Part shown: piece after piece, positions 1-6,982 of the stretch
Numbering within the stretch: the first letter of the stretch is position 1
How the letters are laid out: every line of letters starts with the position of its first letter
Notes under the pieces: model-generated
Told to the model about the DNA's origin: nothing
What the model saw: only the letters and a program-made list of their open reading frames with translations
The model's database searches: none
Position numbers and translations under genes: made by a program
Origin: Candidatus Kaiserbacteria bacterium
Lineage (GTDB): Bacteria > Patescibacteriota > Minisyncoccia > Phycocordibacterales > UBA918
Direction of reading: 5' to 3'
NCBI GenBank assembly: GCA_031423775.1
Contig: JANPGF010000057.1
Span: 1-61,891, forward strand
Length of the DNA stretch: 61,891 bases

Positions 1-473
1 TGAGTGATCAAGCGCTTCAGAAATTTTCAGGTACCTGGCGTCGATTTGAATACAAAGGAGAAGTGAAAGGAGTGTCGGTCTATGATGATTACGGGCATCA
101 CCCAACTGAACTTCGGGTGACAATGGCTGGAACCCGTGAACTCTATCCAAATCACAAATTAATTGTGGTAACTCAAACTCACACTTATTCGCGTACTGCG
201 GAATTGTTTGATGATTTTGTACAAGTACTGGCTACGGCTGATCAAATCTATTTACTGCCAATCTATGCAGCCCGTGAAGAAAATGTATCGGGGGTTACTA
301 GTGAGCAATTGGCAGAGGCTGTGACGAAGTTGGGAACTGAGGCCAGGGTGATGCAAACTGCGGCTGCAGCTGCAGAGGTAGTTAAAGAATCTCTATCAGA
401 AAATGAACAAGCAGTAGTATTGGTGATTGGGGCAGGGGATGTAACGGTGGTGGCACAAGAATTGACAAAATAG
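1..473 (+). CDS. murC: UDP-N-acetylmuramate--L-alanine ligase, C-terminal fragment (5' end upstream of window)
   Basis: The frame is open from nt 3 (SDQALQKFSGTWRRFEYKGEV...) and continues into listed ORF 63-473. DDYGHHPTE and VIGAGD motifs match the Mur-ligase C-terminal domain, and RRFE is typical of MurC. Confidence 0.85.
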   Translation, partial: SDQALQKFSGTWRRFEYKGEVKGVSVYDDYGHHPTELRVTMAGTRELYPNHKLIVVTQTHTYSRTAELFDDFVQVLATADQIYLLPIYAAREENVSGVTSEQLAEAVTKLGTEARVMQTAAAAAEVVKESLSENEQAVVLVIGAGDVTVVAQELTK

Positions 474-546
474 CATTGTATACGTATAATTAAACGTAGA
501 TAGTACCCTCGCTGTTGAGGGTGTTCGTAATAAGGAGGTCGTTCTA

Positions 547-1095
547 GTGGTACATGTTCCTGTTCGTTATATTCTGTGCATCATCGCCAACGATGCAGAA
601 TATGCCGGCAATCGGTATTGCGATGTTGGTTCGAATTTTAAATTACGAGCTAACGAAGCGATGACTTGGTCTGAAGCACGTTTGCCGGGACAAACCATCG
701 TGTGGGCGTTCGGCGCTGGAGCAGATACTCCGTATGCTCAGGGGCCAACCCTGGGGATGCTGGGTGAAGCATATTTGCGGCAGAGGTTTCCTCATGCTGT
801 GACCCTTACGAATCATGAGCACTCCAAATACTATGGTACGCTCGAAGAAATCTACTGGATGGTGAAACGTGCAAGGCAAACGTATCGCGGAGAAAAGCTA
901 GTGTTTGTGTTCTTTACACAATCGCGGCACATGCCACGAGTCAGGCGTATTCTGCGCAAATTCCACAGCAATGTGTCGGCTCAGTTTGTAAAGACTGGCC
1001 AGACCAAGGAAATACCTTGGCGCGATGTTGTGAAATCGTACGTAAAGCTGCGTATGATCGAGCGGGGTTGGGTAGAGCCGCGCTATGTTTCCTAA
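547..1095 (+). CDS. DUF218 (YdcF/SanA/ElyC-like) domain protein
   Basis: 182-aa ORF with a GTG start about 9 nt after AAGGAGG. FVFFTQSRHMPRVRRIL resembles the S/T-x-x-H-M-x-R core of DUF218. Paralogous to the next gene. Confidence 0.55.
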   Translation: MVHVPVRYILCIIANDAEYAGNRYCDVGSNFKLRANEAMTWSEARLPGQTIVWAFGAGADTPYAQGPTLGMLGEAYLRQRFPHAVTLTNHEHSKYYGTLEEIYWMVKRARQTYRGEKLVFVFFTQSRHMPRVRRILRKFHSNVSAQFVKTGQTKEIPWRDVVKSYVKLRMIERGWVEPRYVS

Positions 1096-1112
1096 GTAAT
1101 GTGAAAAAGAGT

Positions 1113-1143
1113 AAAAACGGCCTGCACCACAGGCCGTTTTTTT
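1113..1143 (+). terminator. Rho-independent terminator
   Basis: Stem ACGGCCTG (1117-1124) / CAGGCCGT (1130-1137), 5-nt loop, followed by a T7 run. Confidence 0.8.
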
Positions 1144-1230
1144 ATAGTAGGAAAAAATTGTTTGACAAATGTAGAATAGAGTGTATAAATCTGCATTAGA
1201 ATTGCACCAGTAAAATGCGGAGGGTGTTAG

Positions 1231-1782
1231 ATGGATGTTGGTAATGCAGATATAGTCTTGTGGTTGGCAAATGAGCTGACTGAAGACGGACAGGGGTTGG
1301 GAACAAAATCGTTGATGCGGTTGATAGCCGCCTGGTCGTATGCCCGTAAAACCGGCGCGACGATCGTGGTAGCGGCGGCAAAATCGAAGGATTTTCCGAC
1401 ACAAAGGGTGACAATGGCAGAGATGGCAGCGGAAACGCTAGCGTCTCTGGAATATGACAAGGTTATCGTCCTTGAGGCAGATGATTTCACAACTGTTGGT
1501 GAACTCCGCGCATTCATGGGTGTGAAAACGACCGGAAAGCGCACCATTGTGAGTGCTGATTGGCACCTGCGGAGGACCCGTGTCATTTTCAGTAAAATGT
1601 ATGGCCGCGCGGCGCGAGATCAGATCAATTGGGAGTCGACTCCTCTTGATACCCTTGATTCTTTCAAGGGGCATGTCCTCGAAGTCGCTAAGTGGGCGTA
1701 TATCTTTATGCCTCAGTGGCTGCAGAAGATTGCGGTGTCTGCGTACCGATTGGTATTCGGCAATCCGTCATGGGTCAGGTGA
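1231..1782 (+). CDS. DUF218 (YdcF-like) domain protein, paralog of 547-1095
   Basis: GGAGGG lies 6 nt upstream of the ATG. IVSADWHLRRTRVIF matches the DUF218 core. 183 aa. Confidence 0.55.
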   Translation: MDVGNADIVLWLANELTEDGQGLGTKSLMRLIAAWSYARKTGATIVVAAAKSKDFPTQRVTMAEMAAETLASLEYDKVIVLEADDFTTVGELRAFMGVKTTGKRTIVSADWHLRRTRVIFSKMYGRAARDQINWESTPLDTLDSFKGHVLEVAKWAYIFMPQWLQKIAVSAYRLVFGNPSWVR

Positions 1783-1793
1783 ACTAAAACAGA

Positions 1794-1828
1794 GCAGGGT
1801 GGCACTTTGTCACCCTGCTTTTTCTTTT
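1794..1828 (+). terminator. Rho-independent terminator
   Basis: GCAGGGTG (1794-1801) / CACCCTGC (1811-1818) stem followed by TTTTTCTTTT. Confidence 0.8.
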
Positions 1829-1884
1829 GCTAGCGTGCGATGTAACTTTTTTGTTGTAGCTGGTGTTTATATACGGACAACTAA

Positions 1885-2045
1885 ATATGTATCCAGAGTA
1901 TGGACGAGGGACTTGACCTTATGACTCCATCCGCAACCTGATATCAATTTGATATCAAGGTGCGACTTTCAACACTATGGCGAAACTGTAGTGAACGATA
2001 TCTGACTCCTGGATACAACGTATATTTATGTGCGTTGTTTTTTGT
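1885..2045 (+). promoter_or_regulatory. SAM-I (S-box) riboswitch with terminator expression platform, leader of metK
   Basis: P1 is GTATCCAG (1889-1896) / CTGGATAC (2009-2016). Conserved S-box core reads AGAG..GGA.GAGGGA....ATGA..CC..CGCAACC-[P3 hairpin TGATATCA..TGATATCA]-AAGGTGCGA..TC. P4 is CACTA..GCGAAA..TAGTG. A terminator ACAACG/CGTTGT plus T6 follows at 2015-2043, directly upstream of a SAM synthetase gene. Confidence 0.75.
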
Positions 2046-2071
2046 TGTTGTTACAAAATTAATTAAACTCT

Positions 2072-3019
2072 ATGATCAAAACAGCTGAATGTGTCTCACC
2101 GGGACACCCTGATAAAATGTGTGACCGAATTTCGGATGCGGTGTTGGATGCGTATTTAACCCAGGATCCAAAGAGTCGGGTAGCGATCGAAGCTGTGGGG
2201 AGTCATGGTCAAGTGTGGGTGACTGGTGAAGTGACTTCACATGCGACTGGTATTGATATTCCGGCTATCGTGACTAAGATAGCCGGTCCTGGTCTCGAGA
2301 TCCGAGTCCATGTTGTCGCTCAGAGTCCAGAAATTGCGCAAGGGGTTGATACTGGTGGCGCGGGTGACCAAGGCATTATGACAGGGTATGCCACACGAGA
2401 AACCACAACATTTATGCCTAAAGAGTATGAGCTCGCGCGGACACTCTGTCAAAAGGTATATGAGAAGTTTCCGTATGATGGCAAGACACAAGTGACCGTA
2501 GGAGAGAATGGTGAGATTTTGTCAGTCGTCTGTAGTTTCCAAAAGGCGCCTACCGTTGAACTCCGACCACTGGTTGAATCAATTATTCCAGGGGCAACAG
2601 AATATCACATCAACCCAGCCGGGGATTGGAATCAGGGTGGCTTTGATGCGGACGCGGGCCTCACAGGGCGTAAAATCATCGTCGATAACTACGGGCCTGA
2701 AGTAGCCGTTGGCGGTGGGGCATTTTCGGGTAAAGATCCGAGCAAGGTAGATCGCTCGGGGGCTTATATGGCTCGCCGGATTGCCGTTGATTATCTGGAG
2801 GCTCGACCTACTGCAAACGTAGTCTTGGTAAAACTTGCATATGCCATTGGTCATCCCGAGGCTCTGATGGCGGTCGCCACTGTCGACGGGGTGCCCGAAC
2901 AAATTACTGGCTATGACCTTACGCCAAATGGCATTAAAACGTTCCTTGGTCTCGAAGCGCCGATTTATGCGGAGACAGCGGCCTGGGGACATTTTGGTAG
3001 GGGGTTTAACTGGAAGTAA
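2072..3019 (+). CDS. metK: S-adenosylmethionine synthetase, compact 315-aa form
   Basis: GHPDKMCDRISDAVLD, GAGDQGIMTGYA, GLTGRKIIVDNYG and GGGAFSGKDPSKVDRSGAYMAR are bacterial MetK signatures. The protein is about 70 aa shorter than E. coli MetK through several loop deletions. Confidence 0.95.
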   Translation: MIKTAECVSPGHPDKMCDRISDAVLDAYLTQDPKSRVAIEAVGSHGQVWVTGEVTSHATGIDIPAIVTKIAGPGLEIRVHVVAQSPEIAQGVDTGGAGDQGIMTGYATRETTTFMPKEYELARTLCQKVYEKFPYDGKTQVTVGENGEILSVVCSFQKAPTVELRPLVESIIPGATEYHINPAGDWNQGGFDADAGLTGRKIIVDNYGPEVAVGGGAFSGKDPSKVDRSGAYMARRIAVDYLEARPTANVVLVKLAYAIGHPEALMAVATVDGVPEQITGYDLTPNGIKTFLGLEAPIYAETAAWGHFGRGFNWK

Positions 3020-3039
3020 AATTATCTACAACATAAAAT

Positions 3040-3076
3040 AAATTCGGCCCCGACAGTTTGTCGGGGCCGTTTATAT
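3040..3076. terminator. Bidirectional rho-independent terminator between convergent genes
   Basis: CGGCCCCGAC (3045-3054) / GTCGGGGCCG (3060-3069) 10-bp GC stem flanked by an A-run and a T-rich tail. Confidence 0.8.
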
Positions 3077-3079
3077 TTC

Positions 3080-3394
3080 CTACACTTCGATCGTTTTGCT
3101 TTGGGCAATAAGTATCTCGAGATCTCGGAGGTACTCCGTATGCGCTTTTCGCCAGGCGTAGAGCGTCTTGGGCGCGTTTTTTTTGAGATCGTGGTTTGCA
3201 CACATGCGGTCAAAGAGCTCTTGCAGAAGACCCCTATATATTTGTCGCCAATTACCCCAGACTTGTCCCGTGGCTTGTTTGTGCTGACGGATAGTTCGAA
3301 TATATCCGCGCACACGCTCCTTGATCAAAAGCGGGAACTCGCCACTCTTTTTGGCCATGTCGAGGAGAAGGGGGAGGCTTGCAGTTGATGCCAT
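3080..3394 (-). CDS. Hypothetical protein (about 104 aa, helical, basic)
   Basis: Listed ORF 3080-3454. I prefer the internal start MASTASLPLLL at 3394. No family recognised. Confidence 0.4.
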   Translation of the reverse strand: MASTASLPLLLDMAKKSGEFPLLIKERVRGYIRTIRQHKQATGQVWGNWRQIYRGLLQELFDRMCANHDLKKNAPKTLYAWRKAHTEYLRDLEILIAQSKTIEV

Positions 3395-3482
3395 GTTCAG
3401 ATTCCTTGTCAAGTTCTGAAATGTACTGTATACCAAATAAAAGCGGTCTAACACTAGACATTTTCAAAAAATGTAGTATTGT

Positions 3483-4175
3483 TTGCACACTATGGAAAAA
3501 ACTGGAACACTCTCAATTGTGGCGACACCAATTGGAAATTTGGAAGATATCACCCTGCGCGCCCTCAGAATAATGAAAGAAGCTGATTACGTGCTTTGTG
3601 AAGACACGCGAACGACTGGTATCTTGTGTAAACATCATGGCATCAAGGCAAAGCTCAAGCGGTACGATGCTCATGCGAGTGTTGCTTCTCATGACGCAAT
3701 CGTGGCTGATTTGGTAGCGGGACAGTCTGTGGCACTCGTGTCTGACGCTGGTACGCCAGGAGTGTCTGACCCTGGGGTCATGCTCGTACGACAAGCTCGT
3801 GCTGCTGGCGTGCGTATTGATGCAATCCCCGGAGCGTCTTCAATTACGGCCGCAATTTCTATTGCTGGCGTATCGGGGAATCAATTTAGTTTTCTCGGGT
3901 TTGTCCCAAGTAAAAAGGGGCGCGAGACATTTTTTGTAGACCTTGAACTCTATGATCATCCGGTTGTTTTTCTGGAGGCGACGCATCGAATTTTAAAAAC
4001 GCTCGAGAGCTTAACGGTCAGTTATTCCACTGCAACAGTGTATCTCGGTCGTGAACTGACAAAAATGTACGAAGAAATGTTAGTTGGGACACCGGGCGAG
4101 ATTCTGGAAATTTTGGTAAAGAATGCTGTTAAACAGAAAGGGGAGTTTGTGGTGATTTTTGCGCAAGGGAAGTAG
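3483..4175 (+). CDS. rsmI: 16S rRNA (cytidine1402-2'-O)-methyltransferase
   Basis: GTLSIVATPIGNLEDITLRALRIMKEADYVLCEDTR and VSDAGTPGVSDPG match the tetrapyrrole-methylase-fold RsmI. An alternative start MEKT lies at 3492. Confidence 0.9.
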   Translation: MHTMEKTGTLSIVATPIGNLEDITLRALRIMKEADYVLCEDTRTTGILCKHHGIKAKLKRYDAHASVASHDAIVADLVAGQSVALVSDAGTPGVSDPGVMLVRQARAAGVRIDAIPGASSITAAISIAGVSGNQFSFLGFVPSKKGRETFFVDLELYDHPVVFLEATHRILKTLESLTVSYSTATVYLGRELTKMYEEMLVGTPGEILEILVKNAVKQKGEFVVIFAQGK

Positions 4176-4240
4176 GGAGGTTTTGATATTCTGTTTCTAC
4201 CGGGGTATTTGCCTCGGGAGGGGTGAATCGGGACATGAAT

Positions 4241-4345
4241 AAAAACAAAGTCGCTGCGGGAATTGTAGTGGAGGTATCAGGTTTACAACTGCGTCGATAA
4301 ATTGCGCTAGGACAGGGCGCAATTTACGACATAAATTCGCAATAT
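4241..4345 (+). repeat. Intergenic hairpin repeat unit, copy a (subtype 1)
   Basis: ..AAAGTCGCTGCGGG-N-GGTATCAGGTTTACAACTGCGTCGA-[TAAATTGCGC 4298-4307 / loop TAGGACAGG / GCGCAATTTA 4317-4326]-CGACATAAATTCG. It is about 94% identical to the copy at 55505-55570. Confidence 0.8.
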
Positions 4346-4410
4346 GCCCTTTGGGCATTTGCTCATTTAAGTTTTGTGACAGCGCTAACTTGCTGTATAC
4401 TAGTGGCTAC

Positions 4411-4653
4411 ATGAGCAAGGGCACGTTTGTTTTTCTGTTAGGAATGCTATTGGTTGTAGTGCCTTATTTGGGCATTCCTTCTAGCTATAAGCAGTATATC
4501 TACGTTGGGTTTGGTATTATTTTAATATTGGTTGGGTACGCAATCCGTCGTTCCCGTTATTTGAGTGATATTGATCGAGGAAACGGGGAGCGAGGGGGAG
4601 AAACATTTGTAGAGACAACCCAAAATCTATTTGGTGAAGTAAAAGCTGAGTAA
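4411..4653 (+). CDS. Small membrane protein (two predicted TM helices)
   Basis: Internal ATG of listed ORF 4351-4653. MSKGTFVFLLGMLLVVVPYLGIP...YIYVGFGIILILVGYAI gives two hydrophobic spans followed by a charged tail. Confidence 0.5.
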   Translation: MSKGTFVFLLGMLLVVVPYLGIPSSYKQYIYVGFGIILILVGYAIRRSRYLSDIDRGNGERGGETFVETTQNLFGEVKAE

Positions 4654-4723
4654 GGACCGGGCGGTTTGACAGATAGGAGCAACCGGTATTAAATATCTCA
4701 CAGGATAGTTGGGGGAGGGAACC

Positions 4724-4975
4724 ATGTCTGAATCAGTAGAAACCTGGGGAGCTTTGATTGGCTCCGCAAATCCTGAAGGTCATGATTATCTGGCTTCGTT
4801 TAACCAGATGACCGAGAACTTCGAGCGTGAGCTCGGCAGTCTCAGTGACGATTCGTTTGCGGTACTTTACGAACGGTTGTCTGACAATCATTCGGTTCAT
4901 GACTGGAGATTGCATTCGGCGCAGAAAGAACATGAGCGTCGTCAGAAGGTGCGTACTGTACCCGGACCTGTCTGA
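4724..4975 (+). CDS. Hypothetical small acidic protein (83 aa)
   Basis: ATG lies 4 nt after GGGGGAGGGA. Listed ORF 4709-4975. No family recognised. Confidence 0.45.
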   Translation: MSESVETWGALIGSANPEGHDYLASFNQMTENFERELGSLSDDSFAVLYERLSDNHSVHDWRLHSAQKEHERRQKVRTVPGPV

Positions 4976-5013
4976 ACCGTGTTTCCATATTCCCGTTATG
5001 AAGTAAAGATTAC

Positions 5014-5039
5014 GGTCGCGTGAAAACGCGACTTTTTTA
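5014..5039 (+). terminator. Rho-independent terminator
   Basis: GGTCGCG / CGCGAC stem with TGAAAA loop followed by T6. Confidence 0.75.
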
Positions 5040-5067
5040 TATACCGAATAAGCTCGAAGAGAATCAG

Positions 5068-5210
5068 AAATTTTATGTCGTGAGTTCCTTAAAAACTAGG
5101 TCTACCACAAGAGTATTCCCGTTTTTATAGTCGCAAGCTCCTTAAAAACTAGGTCTACCACAAGAGTATTTCCGTTTTTATAGTCGTTCCACTCCTTAAA
5201 AACTAGGTCA
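5068..5210 (+). repeat. 53-54-bp tandem repeat, about 2.6 copies
   Basis: The unit TCCTTAAAAACTAGGTCTACCACAAGAGTATT(T/C)CCGTTTTTATAGTCG.. starts at 5086, 5139 and 5193. The same repeat occurs at 55361-55468. Confidence 0.85.
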
Positions 5211-5340
5211 AATTCGAAATAGTCACGACGGGAGTTGATGTGCAAAAGTAACAGGTTTACAACTGCGCGGATACTTTGCCCTAGGGCAAGGGGCAAAGTA
5301 CTCGCATAAATTCGAAATAGTCACTACGTTCGTTTTCTCA
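5210..5340 (+). repeat. Intergenic hairpin repeat unit, copy b (subtype 2), flanked by AAATTCGAAATAGTCAC direct repeats
   Basis: CAGGTTTACAACTGCGCGGA-[TACTTTGCCC 5272-5281 / TAGGGCAAG / GGGCAAAGTA 5291-5300]. AAATTCGAAATAGTCAC occurs at 5211-5227 and 5308-5324. The tail ACGTTCGTTTTCTCATT is shared with the copy upstream of obg. Confidence 0.8.
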
Positions 5341-5392
5341 TTCATGTATATAAGAGGGTAAAATCAATCCTCCACTACGGTACTATATATGT

Positions 5393-6958
5393 ATGGATAA
5401 CGAAGAGCAGAATGCTCGGCGCTTTTATGCGGTGAGCTATGACGAAGAAGAACCAACTGTCACCCTGGGTGCGTTTATTCCGGCACGCCCTAAAAAACGT
5501 GATGCGACATTTTCGTATACACCAGCCAGTGTGGCTGGGGAAATCAATGGCGTACGCAGTCCGTACATCCTCTCTGTGAAAGTCATTACGATGATGTTTG
5601 CTCTCCTGCTCTGTCTCTTTGCCGGTCGAGCGACCGCACCCTATATGAGGTCTGTTGGGGCGACTCTCGGTGCTCAGTTAGCGGCGAGTAAGACTGCCAT
5701 TGTGCCGGTGCCAGTCATTGTACAAAACCCGTACACAGCAAAGCAGGAGCCGTTAAATTACGGGGTGCAGGTGGCTCTCTCTGAGCCGAATTTTTATATT
5801 GAAACGCGGGATGCCTTTATTGAAGGTGAAAAAACGTTTATTGAAGCAGACCTCACGACAATGCAGCTTCGTTATTTTGATAAAGGAGTCATGCGTGAGC
5901 AGGTACCAATTGTTTCAAAAGGACAGAAAGGGTCCTGGTGGGAGACCCCGGCTGGTCTGTATGAAGTAAAGGATAAAAAAGAAAAGCAATTTTCACCATT
6001 CGGCCAAGTAAATACGCCGTACGCGATTACTTTTCAGGGTAACTTCTCGATTCATGGCTGGCCGCAATTCCCAAATGGGGAACCGGTACCTGCAGACTAT
6101 CCAAGTGGTTGTATTCGTTTAAGTGATGATGATGCTAAAAAGATATACGATCTGGCCATGCCGCACACACCGGTATTGGTACATGAAGCGCCTATCGTAG
6201 CGGACAGCTTTGTCTATGAGCCAAAAATTCCTGAACTGGCAACCCCGCACTATTTGATTGCTGATGTTGAAAGTAGTACGGTGCTTGCGAGTAGCGATTT
6301 GTCTGAAGCTGTCCCGATTGCCTCACTTACAAAACTGATGACGGCACTTGTCGCAGCTGAATATTTGAATCTCGATGAGACCATCGAAGTCACTCAGCCA
6401 ACGTTTGTACAGTCTCTGATTCCGCGTTTAGGTGATCGAGACAAGGTTTCTATGTATAGCTTGTTACAGCTCTTGCTCGTAGAATCGTCAAACGAAGCCG
6501 CTGAAGTGATTGCAAACCAGGTGGGACAAGAGAAATTTGTAGGCTATATGAACGAAAAAGCGGCATCGCTCGGACTCGTGAATACCCATTTTGCCGATCC
6601 GTCAGGTCTGAGCGCCTCAAACACCTCGAGTGTCCGTGACCTACTCAGTCTCACTCAGTATATCTATAATAATCGAAAATTTATTCTCGATTTGACTGCA
6701 AACCAGGATTTACCTACTGCCTACGTGAGTGGTCAATTTGGTGAACTCAGTAACTTTAACAAAGTGGCTGGTCTCGATAACTTCCTCGGTGGTAAAGTAG
6801 GGGAAACGACTGCGGCGGGACAGACCTCAATCTCCCTCCATAAACTCCATGTAAAAGGAGCAGATCGAGTGATTGCAATTATCTTGCTCGATTCAAAGAG
6901 TCGTGGTGCGGATGTAAAAGAACTTCTGCAGTATGCACAAGACCGATTTGGTAATTAA
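5393..6958 (+). CDS. Membrane-anchored L,D-transpeptidase (YkuD) fused to D-alanyl-D-alanine carboxypeptidase (peptidase S11)
   Basis: N-terminal TM (VITMMFALLLCLFAG). YkuD motif SIHGW...YPSGCIRLS. The C-terminal half carries S11 motifs ASLTK (SxxK), SSNEAA (SxN) and GGKVGETT (KTG-like, with T replaced by V). Confidence 0.8.
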   Translation: MDNEEQNARRFYAVSYDEEEPTVTLGAFIPARPKKRDATFSYTPASVAGEINGVRSPYILSVKVITMMFALLLCLFAGRATAPYMRSVGATLGAQLAASKTAIVPVPVIVQNPYTAKQEPLNYGVQVALSEPNFYIETRDAFIEGEKTFIEADLTTMQLRYFDKGVMREQVPIVSKGQKGSWWETPAGLYEVKDKKEKQFSPFGQVNTPYAITFQGNFSIHGWPQFPNGEPVPADYPSGCIRLSDDDAKKIYDLAMPHTPVLVHEAPIVADSFVYEPKIPELATPHYLIADVESSTVLASSDLSEAVPIASLTKLMTALVAAEYLNLDETIEVTQPTFVQSLIPRLGDRDKVSMYSLLQLLLVESSNEAAEVIANQVGQEKFVGYMNEKAASLGLVNTHFADPSGLSASNTSSVRDLLSLTQYIYNNRKFILDLTANQDLPTAYVSGQFGELSNFNKVAGLDNFLGGKVGETTAAGQTSISLHKLHVKGADRVIAIILLDSKSRGADVKELLQYAQDRFGN

Positions 6959-6982
6959 TTTTTTGGTATACTGTAGCTGATT

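Noticed and set aside
898-1586. Minus-strand ORFs 898-1404, 1196-1414 and 1227-1586.
   Set aside because: They overlap the two DUF218 genes and run through a strong + strand terminator. They have no motifs and are Cys/Arg-rich shadow-type sequences.
1553-1924. 123-aa + strand ORF extending past the DUF218 gene.
   Set aside because: It is out of frame within the 1231-1782 CDS, then crosses its terminator and the 5' part of the SAM-I riboswitch.
4241-4345. Hairpin repeat units as integron attC sites, with the two small genes as integron cassettes.
   Set aside because: I could find no RYYYAAC / GTTRRRY core sites at the ends of the hairpins. There is no intI integrase or attI in the window, and the loop sequence is conserved, unlike attC.
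5068-5210. Possible CRISPR array, since regularly spaced repeats occur here and at 55361-55468.
   Set aside because: The whole 53-54-bp unit repeats head-to-tail, with no unique spacers between conserved repeats. There are only about 2-2.6 copies, the same array occurs at two loci, and no cas genes are in the window. This is a tandem repeat, not a CRISPR.
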